A DNA stretch of 64,000 nt from Phoronis australis. Taxonomy: Eukaryota; Animalia; Phoronida. Under the pieces are notes generated by a model that was not told the origin of the DNA, searched no databases, and worked only from the letters and a program-made list of their open reading frames with translations. The stretch spans positions 191,853 through 255,852 of the forward strand of contig NMRA01000500.1 in the NCBI GenBank assembly GCA_002633005.1, given 5' to 3'. The position numbers were made by a program, and so were the translations under genes. How positions within the stretch are numbered: the first letter of the stretch is position 1; each line of letters opens with the position of its first letter. Shown piece by piece: positions 1-8,266 of the stretch.

Positions 1-924
1 ACCTTCAAGAAACTGTGGTTTTGAGTCCGCCGCTTGAACGGAATTTACATATTGTGAAACTTTTAGCTGGTAAGTCGCAACAACACCCAATTACTTAAAT
101 ACTGGTTTGGAAAGCCGCTATCTTGGATATCACTGAAAGTATTATGTTTTCAATCGTAAATATCCGTACCTGTTATTTTTCTGAAATTGAAAATTCCATT
201 GGCGCACTGCCACCATGCTCGGCCGCTTTTGTGTAGTACAAGAAGCATTGCGTGACACTTTGTATGTCCAGTAACATGACACTTCTGCTTGTATCCACCG
301 TCCTCTTTTCACTTGTGATCTCAAAGATCTTGATTAGTTTGAGTGTGAACTTTGCTAATAGTTTGAGAGAACTTTTTCAAGCGCATATACAGGGATTTGT
401 TCAGGAGGTCTGAAAATGGACCAGCATGCACGGCAGACAGTGCGTGGGATTCTTAGTCAATTACGGTGTTTGAAAACTGACCAAGCAATGGGTAATGGGC
501 ACCCTCGATAAGAATAAAACCTGCTTCTCTGAAGTATGAGATGGTGATGGATTTGTATCATTAACTCATAAGTACATTAAACTTGACTTTTTGGTTTCTG
601 TAATCCTATAACAAATTTTTATTTTTGCACCAGCAAAACTGAAAATCCGCGAAGAAAAAATCTTTCATACAGCTTCCCATGATCTCCTTCGTCACTGATG
701 CAGCAAAACGAATGATATTTGTGCTATTTGGCATGTTGGTCGATAGTTAATTGAATAATCGAGTAGCGCCTCCTAGAGTCTTTTAATCAAACTGACAGTC
801 ACAGATTGGCAGAAAAGTGTGTAAGTGAGTTATGTAAAAAACTGATTGAACAAAAACTATGAAAGAGACAAGATTTTTTATTCTTGCGTTGGACTGAACA
901 AAGACAGCTGTAACAGATGGAAGN

Positions 925-1311
925 TGCGTAAAAATGGCCTTAATATTAAGTAGTGAAAATGATGTTTTTGTAGGCTAAAATGGGAGGACATAAAAAATCA
1001 GTAAATCCACCCGAACAATTTTTTCTTCTGTTATTCTTTCTTCTTTCTGCTATATAGTTATTTTTTTCAATAGCGTGAAGCGATGATGTGCTGTTGCTGA
1101 CAAAAAGTCACCTACTTCCAAAGACTATTATTTGCTATTTTTCAGAAAAAGTACAGAGTGGTCGTAAAAAGGGTTAAAAAAACTCGGAAACTCTTAAAAA
1201 TTCAGGCTCAGGTTTCATTTGACAAGGCCAGCTGATGTGCTAAGTTTCAAAAAAATTGGTGATTTTGCATATATAGCCCACCATCTGGTTTTTATACGGA
1301 ATTGCTCTTAA
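925..1311. repeat. Copy 1 of a ~370 bp DNA-transposon-like end terminating at TTAA
   Basis: Near-identical to 2821-3177. Both copies end ...GGAATTGCTC-TTAA and then diverge. Starts right after a single N at 924. Confidence 0.8.
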
Positions 1312-1390
1312 GTGTTTTGCAATCTTTGTGTTTTATTGTTGATTACGAAAACTATATTGCGCAATAATTGGAGCTAAGCCCGAAAAGCAC

Positions 1391-1464
1391 ATTATACCTG
1401 GTCGTCAAAATGAATTAGTGTTTACCATGATTATACCTGGTCGTCAAAATGAATCAGAGTTTAC
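1391..1464. repeat. Short tandem duplication (~40 bp x2)
   Basis: attatacctggtcgtcaaaatgaat.ag.gtttac occurs twice in tandem. Confidence 0.85.
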
Positions 1465-2820
1465 AGGCGGATACATGTTTAAATGTACAAATACAACAAG
1501 AGTTTCAGTGATACATACAAGATTACTATTATTAATGTAAAAATCGTGTAAATTAATAATAATTATGCACAATGCCCTGCCGATGAAGATAAAAAACCTT
1601 ACATGTTATACAGATGCAGAGCACAAATAAGGAATTTCGTCCATTATGAAATGACCTATGGCTTAGATAAGCTCGTGCAGTCAATATCAGTTTAAGCAAT
1701 AGATCATTTCGCTAAGAGATAGAAATTTTGCAACTTTTTCAAGTAAAGCCATGTTGATACTGGTATCAAGTTTTCTATACCCATTATGCAAAAGATAATT
1801 TTGTCAAGAACTTTACTGTCCAATCAGAGATGTGAGCAGCTCCGCGGGGAAGTGGCCTTCAAATTGCCTCTAAATTTATCGTCCCAATCTGTACAAACTA
1901 ATAATGTCATGACTGCGTAGAAGTTGAAATAACGTTAAAGACACTGACAAATCTGAAGCTAGGGTATATGCTGTTCGATAAATAGAATGTAATTGTAAGG
2001 GGTACTGAGGATACTCTTTTGAGAATAGATAAAATGGTTTAGAGATAAATGAGTCCAGATGATCGTTCATGTAGAGTGATAAGAGGAAAGGATTTGGTAC
2101 GCTACATTAAGGTATTCCAGCATTGGCGTAGGTGGACGAAGACGACAGTGATAAGACTCCATCAATCCGCACTTAGTAAGTGCGGCAAGTCAGATGGGAT
2201 AGTGCCTCAGAAACCATAGGATTGCAACTTGTAAAACAATAGATCGTGCTGCTTCAGGCAAGAATCTGAACTGTATTATAGATTAGGTCGTTAGAGATAG
2301 CGTGTTCAAACATTTGCTGGCTTGTAGTTTAACTGATATTTTCCACAAGAAGTTTTAGTTTTATAAGCCGATAGTTTTCAGTGTCACTGTTCAAATTCTT
2401 TTTGTGTAGATGTATCATTACTCAGAGTTCCCAATAATTATATGAATATACGCAAATAAAACAACAAAAATGGGTCACTGAAACTTTTGGATATAATAAA
2501 TTCCTTCGTCAACAGAATCAGAAACAATTCCTCTCATACTGGTATTTCTTGTACAATGTTATCAAAAGGACTTGAGTTCCTTTGCGATTGTTTTGCTTAT
2601 TTATCACCCATTAGGTCGGTTCCGTCATTTTGTTTCGTCATTTTTTAATAGTTTCCTGACCTCAGCGGATTAGGGAAGCCTTCTATGTCTAAGATGTATT
2701 CAAATGTTTTGCTTCGGAATTGGAAAGTTCGTTGTTGGAGCAATGTGGTTTTTGGATGTGANATGGAAGTTAACTCATGTTCCAAAAGAATCCGATATAG
2801 ATTTGGGAGAGTGATAAAAA

Positions 2821-3177
2821 TGCGTAAAAATGGCCTTAGTAATAAGTAGTGAAAATGATGTTTTTGTAGGCTAAAATGGGAGTTTTTCTTGTATGTTATT
2901 TTTTCTCCTTTCTGCTATATAGTTATTTTTTTCAATAGCGTGAAGCGATGATGTGCTGTTGCTGACAAAATGTCACCTACTTCAAAGTACTATTATTTGC
3001 TATTTTTCAGAAAAAGTACAAAGTGGCCGTAAAAAGGGTTAAAAAAACCTCGGAAACTCTTAAAAATTCAGGCTCAGGTTTCTTTTGACAAGGCCAGTTG
3101 ATGTGCTAAGTTTCAAAAAAATTGGTGATTTTGCATATATAGCCCACCATCTGGTTTTTATATGGAATTGCTCTTAA
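2821..3177. repeat. Copy 2 of the TTAA-terminated transposon-like end (Kolobok/piggyBac-type target site)
   Basis: Matches 925-1311; homology stops exactly at TTAA 3174-3177. Superfamily inferred only from the TTAA boundary. Confidence 0.75.
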
Positions 3178-3197
3178 CTACTTATACTACTTAATAC

Positions 3198-3215
3198 GGA
3201 CATCACACTTCTCCT
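3198..3215 (-). other. Polypurine tract plus 10-bp stub of the 3' LTR
   Basis: The - strand reads AGGAGAAG-TGTGATGTCC. TGTGATGTCC also occurs at 7016-7007 in the 5' LTR. The match does not extend further. Confidence 0.55.
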
Positions 3216-3362
3216 AGGACCAAGGGTAAGGCACAAACCCAGAGACCGTAGTCAGCCTCAGAGTATATAATAACGGGCAATTACCCAAGGGACTAGGAGA
3301 AAACCTGGGGCATAGGTTATGACCCAGGCACACCAGGATGCTGAACCACTTCTAACAATTTG

Positions 3363-4211
3363 TTAGAGATGGTAAAGCCGCCTGGCATTCCTGGTGGAAA
3401 CAGCCAGGATGTCACGCAGCGGACGACGAGAACGCTGCGCCACCTCCATAGCTACTTCCCCCAGGTATTGGGGCGCCATTGGGGCTTGCCCAATGGCGAG
3501 GTGCGGTGAATCAGACTCCAGGAGGAGTCGATTCAGCGGAACCTCTTGTAACCCCTTATTTTGGAACTTTAGAAACTGCCGCACATGACCGGCGAAGCCG
3601 AAGTGGCAGTTTCTAAAGAACCCCGTCCCCCGGAGTACATCCTCGGGCGCACCTCCAAAACTATGGAGATGCAAACCCAAGTCTGCATCACAGTGGCGCT
3701 TCAGGAGATCAAAGACGAAGTCTTGTCCCTCCAAGAAGCGTGGATTGTCGGGGGAACCACGAAGGTGGATCACAACGACTTTGTTTTTGAAGCTGGGGGA
3801 GCTGGCCCGAACCTCCGCAAAGATTCGCACCATCTCCTCCAACGCTTCTTTTTGGATGGCCGAGTCCTCCCGGGCCTCCAGACCGACCTCGCCTAGGCCA
3901 GCTACAAAGGGCTCCTTTAGTAGCTGGGGGAGACGCTCCAGAACACCGGGATTCGTTGTTCCAACCCGTTTGGGGTGGATGCCCACCACAGCTTTCCAGC
4001 CATGTGGGAAACGGGAAGTCTCAACGTACTTCCAGTTTTCCACATCGCAGAAAACTGCAACCCCACCAACCAACTGCACAGGTTTTTGAGAAATCCGTGG
4101 CAGCTGGGTGCTGAGCATCTGATCGATCGTCAGCATCCTAGTCTCAGTGATATGACGCTGAGCCCAGGATGCCGACAAGCGATCCAGATGGAAGTGGCCA
4201 TCTATAGCCAA
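3363..4211 (-). CDS. tatD: TatD-family metal-dependent DNase (TIM-barrel amidohydrolase fold), probably the C-terminal domain of element ORF2
   Basis: 282 uninterrupted codons with TatD motifs in order: DGHFH, VGIHP, LGEVGLE, VIHLR, LHLHSF, FGFAG, LLLESDSP, C-terminal NARRLY. No introns and no ATG at the domain start (TTG). Confidence 0.92.
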   Translation of the reverse strand: MAIDGHFHLDRLSASWAQRHITETRMLTIDQMLSTQLPRISQKPVQLVGGVAVFCDVENWKYVETSRFPHGWKAVVGIHPKRVGTTNPGVLERLPQLLKEPFVAGLGEVGLEAREDSAIQKEALEEMVRIFAEVRASSPSFKNKVVVIHLRGSPDNPRFLEGQDFVFDLLKRHCDADLGLHLHSFGGAPEDVLRGTGFFRNCHFGFAGHVRQFLKFQNKGLQEVPLNRLLLESDSPHLAIGQAPMAPQYLGEVAMEVAQRSRRPLRDILAVSTRNARRLYHL

Positions 4212-4919
4212 ATTAGGAGGTGGTCCTGCCTCCAGTGAAGCAGACGGCCAGCCTGTTGGTGTAGGGTGTTACCAGAAGACGCCTCCTGAATATTAATAGT
4301 GTCCATAGGGGCATCTACAAACTCAGGAGGTGGATCCTGCAAAACGACAGGGTTGTGGGGCACCTTTGAACCCCCTGAAATGGGATCCGGAACCAGGGTG
4401 TGCACAAAATCTAATGACTCAGAATTAGCAACAACCTGGGTACTAGATACCGCTTTACCACTCAACTCAGACTTATCTATCAAATTAACCGGAACTAACA
4501 CTGGGGTATTAATCACATCAGTATCAGTAATGGGTAACTCAATCGGACAAATTCTGAGTGAGCACCGAACTTTGGGAGGCTGGACACTCCATGTCACCAA
4601 GGGAATTCTGAGCACAAGGAATATCAGTAGAGAAGGCAACCAAATCATGAACTACATCACAAGATCTAGCCAAGACAGGTCGACCTCTCCCCCGACACTC
4701 ATCGTGCACAGAAATACCTTGAGAAGAAGTGGACAAACTCCCTGCCCTAAAACAGTCTAACAGATTAGTCGATAGGCGTTTGATGTTTTTATTTAATGAG
4801 CCTAATAGACCATCCGTGGGACTGAATTTCTTAGTGGGGCGGTCTGAGGATACCCTACTATTGGTATCACGAGATTGGACTGGAGTTAGACCTGATCGTC
4901 CAGCCCCAACTCGTTTAAA
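4212..4919 (-). pseudogene. Low-complexity S/D/P/V-rich N-terminal part of ORF2 (linker between frameshift site and TatD), with two compensating frameshifts
   Basis: The -1 frame relative to gag is open from 4919 to TGA at 4539. Coding-like sequence continues in the 4202-4648 frame and returns to the -1 frame near 4270, where it runs into TatD. No protease, RT or integrase motif seen. Confidence 0.55.
4880..4919 (-). promoter_or_regulatory. Programmed -1 ribosomal frameshift signal (U UUA AAC plus downstream hairpin)
   Basis: Gag frame reads GAT TTA AAC (heptamer 4919-4913), 8 sense codons before the gag stop. A TGA closes the -1 frame immediately 5' of the heptamer. After a 5-nt spacer comes a stem GGGGCTGGAC/GTCTAACTCC. 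Confidence 0.7.
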
Positions 4920-5848
4920 TCACCGGACTTATCCCCAAAGGATGTACGACGAATTCTAGCAGACTGCGGGCTACGGCACGCAGACTGGTAGTGACCAAAC
5001 TTACCACACTTAAAACACATTACTGAAGGTCTTTGTGGGGAAGTTTGGGGGGACCTAGATAGTGGAGGGGATCTGGATGGTTTTGGATTAGAATCCAACA
5101 ATTTTAATACCCTCGACAAATCTGAGGTAATGCCCCTAAAATTTGAACTCATAGTCTGGGACATACTCTTAAGTTCTCGATGTATAAGGGCATTGTCTTC
5201 TTTAAGACCTATTTCAGAGTTGACCTTAGCCATCTGAGACTCTAAAGCATGCATCCTAGACTCAACCGCAGAGTTTGAAGCAGAGGATGCTATTGGACTG
5301 AATTTAAGTGCAGGTTTTTTGTTATGTGAAAGCAGGTTGACAGAAGCGTCGTCCTTGCGCGATGGTGAGCCCTCGAACCAAACAGACCGACGGTTTTGAT
5401 TTGCCATCAATCGATGGGTCGTTGCGAACCACGCAGCTTTAGACTCTGCCTCAGCTAGGGACAAAGGGGATGAGTTCATCACCTGCATACCTACAACCTT
5501 ATCGCGTAACCCAAGGGAGAAACGGAATACAAGATCTACTTTTTCTTGCTCCGAAGGGTTCAGGAAGGCTTTTAAAAACAACCTGTTTAACCTACACGCC
5601 CAGTTCTCAATAGATTCCCCCGGCTTCTGCTCGGCGTATTGGAATTCAAGGCGTAGGACCTGGGTGCAGTCAGTCGAAGAAAAATGTTCTGACATGTGTG
5701 CAACCACGTCATCGAAACCGGAGTCTGGGTTCGTTCTCATGAAGTTAAGGAAGAAATGCAAGGCCACATCGTCCAGACACATTCCTAACTCCGAGACGCA
5801 CTTGTCTTCGGACCATAAGTTGTCCTTAGCCAAGCGCTGAAATTTCAA
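4886..5848 (-). CDS. gag: Ty3/Gypsy-type Gag (retrotransposon capsid domain, coiled coil, CCHC zinc knuckle)
   Basis: 320 open codons: KFQRLA..W..L...L.D.ALHFF; Q.PGESIENWACRL (major-homology-like); FSLGLRD; SP-rich stretch; CFKCGKFGHYQSAC (CX2CX4HX4C). The true start is upstream (about 6340) across a mutated linker. Confidence 0.88.
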   Translation of the reverse strand: MKFQRLAKDNLWSEDKCVSELGMCLDDVALHFFLNFMRTNPDSGFDDVVAHMSEHFSSTDCTQVLRLEFQYAEQKPGESIENWACRLNRLFLKAFLNPSEQEKVDLVFRFSLGLRDKVVGMQVMNSSPLSLAEAESKAAWFATTHRLMANQNRRSVWFEGSPSRKDDASVNLLSHNKKPALKFSPIASSASNSAVESRMHALESQMAKVNSEIGLKEDNALIHRELKSMSQTMSSNFRGITSDLSRVLKLLDSNPKPSRSPPLSRSPQTSPQRPSVMCFKCGKFGHYQSACRSPQSARIRRTSFGDKSGDLNELGLDDQV

Positions 5849-6043
5849 AAAAAAAGTCGTCCGATTTGCCTTTTTCCCCTTGAAAAACTAGCTTAGACGG
5901 GGCATTTGGCCTTAAACTATAGGGACGGGTGTGGGTAGACGGACCAACCGTTCGGCTACCAGAACTCTGGGCAGGCACAGGCGAAGAAGAATCCTGCTTA
6001 GAGGAGTACTTCCGTCTTATTGTAACGGGATTTGTTTAACCTG

Positions 6044-6340
6044 TCACAGGCCTGGGCAATGCCACTTAAGTCCTGGGGCAAACGGGTACGTACAGGACGT
6101 ACTACCCAGAGGAAAGGTATCTCGGGACTGAACATCACCATACTGGGTGAAATCAATGCCAGAAATAGCATTCCTCGTCAACCTCCATCCGGAATGGATG
6201 TGGTTAATATTTTCTGGGGTTATCGGCTGAGTTTGCCGAAAAGCCAGAATGGATTGGGCAATATCTTCTGTCATGCCCGGGAGCTTGAATAACTCTTGGG
6301 AAAGACAGAAGTTGACCGGAATCATGTCTTGGAAAGACAT
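6044..6340 (-). pseudogene. N-terminal part of gag with a ComEA-like helix-hairpin-helix motif
   Basis: MSFQDMIPVNFCLSQELFKLPGMTEDIAQSILAFRQ fits the HhH pattern iNxAsxeEL..LPGiG...A..Iv.yR. Same frame as the gag ORF; the 5849-6043 linker has stops and compensating indels. Confidence 0.7.
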
Positions 6341-6682
6341 CCTAAACACACGGGGCTTCGTCTTAGGAAAACCACGTGGTCACGTGACCTTTCTAGAATT
6401 CCTAGAAAGGTTCAAAACTCTACCTAATATATAAAATAATAAATACAAACTATACTATATACAATTATACCAATAATAAATACCTATTTACAAAAACCTA
6501 CAATTCCTACACTAAACTAACGCAAAACGCTTGAAATACTCGTAAACCTGAACTCAGGCACTGCAAAAGCAGTGACGCACGTGGCTGTCAAAATGGGCAC
6601 GAAAAAAAAAACAAGTTATGAAAACTTATTTCCCGCCACCACCGAAAGACACGCACGCCGCTCCAACACCGGGAAATAGGTA

Positions 6683-6694
6683 CCGACTACGCCA
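6683..6694 (-). other. Primer-binding site complementary to the tRNA-Ser 3' end
   Basis: The - strand reads TGGCGTAGTCGG, 2 nt after the LTR-terminal CA. It is complementary to ...CCGACUACGCCA of eukaryotic tRNA-Ser(AGA) as I recall that sequence. Confidence 0.8.
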
Positions 6695-6696
6695 AA

Positions 6697-7019
6697 TGTT
6701 GTAATAATAAAAGGAAGGGGTCGGCTGCCTAAGCAGACACACAGGTTCGGGCCTATTAACACGGTGCAAGAGAAAAGTCCGGAGTATACTCACATTACGT
6801 CCATACAGGACGGCAGCGAACTCCAGAAGGCCATCGCCTCTGTTGGCCCGGGCCAACAGATGCGATGGTCATTGCCTACAGAAGGCCCAGACGATCTTGT
6901 CACGTGGGCTTGAAGGGTGACTGGTCACGTGATAGAAGGGTGACCTCGGCTGGGCTCTTCTGGCGTTAGATGTCGCACCAGGCCAAGACCAACATTGTTA
7001 ACAAAAGGACATCACAACA
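6697..7019 (-). repeat. 5' LTR (323 bp)
   Basis: TG...CA ends with a 9-bp terminal inverted repeat (8/9 match), directly followed by the PBS. Contains CACGTG boxes and a 38-bp palindrome. Confidence 0.75.
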
Positions 7020-7054
7020 TAGAGACGCCACAGCCGAGACTGACGTCGACATTT

Positions 7055-7241
7055 ACTACATTCCCAACGCTTGCACTTCGTCAACTGCTGTGTCAATGAG
7101 CATGTACGCCTCTACAATGTCAGCATCTCGTTTCGCAGCTCAGTTGGCACTAAGCCCCCTGAGGTTACCACGTCCACTCAAAAGACTTACAGCATGCGCA
7201 ACTAAATTTGATCCATTCATCATGGACTACTTCAAACCTTG
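7055..7241 (-). pseudogene. hAT (PRKRIR/THAP12-like) transposase remnant
   Basis: Translates QGLK*SMMNGSNLVAH...LRGLSAN*AAKRDADIVEAYMLIDTAVDEV, resembling the L..L...LQ.RD.DI..AY..I segment of hAT transposases. Contains in-frame stops. Confidence 0.5.
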
Positions 7242-8095
7242 ACGATGTATCCTAGGACCCATTTGGATCTCTTGCAATTTTCGAAATAAACGTCCCAATG
7301 TATGAACACTTGAAACCCGAAGTACTAACATCAAATAAATGCCCATGGGCATGGGCGTTTCGTCGGAGGGGGGCCTTTCTGCGGAAATTCCCAGTAAAGA
7401 AAACGGCAGTGGTGCTTATTGCAGGTACATGTAGAAAGACGGTAGGTGTTGAGGTCGGCACTAGGGCTCCTTAGGAGGCCCATTGAACATCGCACGAGTC
7501 CTGCAAGACTTTGTTGTGAAAATACAGCCTCCCTGCAATTTCTGGTACTGTACACTGTTCGCGAATGCAGTCACTTTGTCAATGTGAGTGCCCCCTTGGT
7601 CATTCCTTGTATAGACATAACTTGTTAAAGTGCATCTTTAAACAGACTCGCGACCAGACCACGGCGCCCACCACAATGTATAGCAATTCTTCGGAAAACA
7701 TGTTTTTTTCAAAAGTATTACATGTACATGTACAACTTTACTATACACTAATCAAATTCGAGTTACAAACGCGTGGGGTGTAATAGGATGACACGACATG
7801 ACAGATGAGGTAAAAACGTTGCACCTCAATTCGCCTGAGTATCAGGGTTGCAGCACCACAGTATTTCCCCTAATCAAATCAAAACATATCTTAGAGTAAA
7901 GAAACTAGTTATCTAAAGAAATCAGCTATAGAGCTGCTCTTTCAGCGGTGGATCCATCTAAAATGCTTGGCTACTTCAGAAGTGTCGTCGGAAGCGCGCG
8001 CACAATTGATCTCCGGGGTTTTGCCGATGGCCAACGAAGATTCGAAACGCGTTGATTTTCATAACAGCAATTCACAATGCAAAAAATCTTCAGAG

Positions 8096-8266
8096 TGAAC
8101 CCCCTCCTTCATTTTTTTCCAAGTTGGTTTACTTGGTGTATACACACACTGGCGGTGCCGTTTTTGTTTTGCTGGAGACGTTTTTGTTTTTTTTGTGTTT
8201 TTAATTTTTGGGTCCTGGCCCGAGGGGGGTTTAAACCCCCTGAACCCCCCCGTAAATCCGCCACTG
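8096..8266 (-). mobile_element. hAT-type MITE end (CAGTGGCGGATTTA..GGGGG)
   Basis: Inverted homolog of 24307-24460 with a typical G-rich MITE terminus. Confidence 0.6.

Larger units (their letters stand above)
3198..7019 (-). mobile_element. Non-autonomous LTR-retrotransposon-like element with gag and TatD but no pol enzymes (decayed copy)
   Basis: On the - strand: LTR with TGTTGTGAT...ATTACAACA termini (7019-6697), PBS (6694-6683), HhH+Gag+CCHC, TTTAAAC slippery site, TatD ORF, purine tract, then TGTGATGTCC matching the start of the upstream LTR. More GC-rich than its flanks. Confidence 0.8.

Noticed and set aside
140-560. Minus-strand coding-like text with CxxC (RIPRTVCRACW)
   Set aside because: Short and broken by stops; may be a transposon ORF remnant but I cannot assign a family.
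3363-4211. TatD as bacterial contamination or a Tat operon
   Set aside because: No bacterial neighbours; it is contiguous with gag, PBS and LTR and with eukaryotic repeats.
3394-4760. Plus-strand ORFs overlapping TatD and the linker
   Set aside because: Antisense shadows of GC-rich coding sequence with no recognisable motifs.
7430-7560. HARBI1-like nuclease fragment
   Set aside because: The resemblance needs several frameshifts and is too weak to support.
8020-8056. Possible hammerhead ribozyme remnant (…GATGGCC…CGAAACGCGT), also CTGACGAG near 13423
   Set aside because: The CUGAUGA core or the matching GAAA and stems are incomplete.
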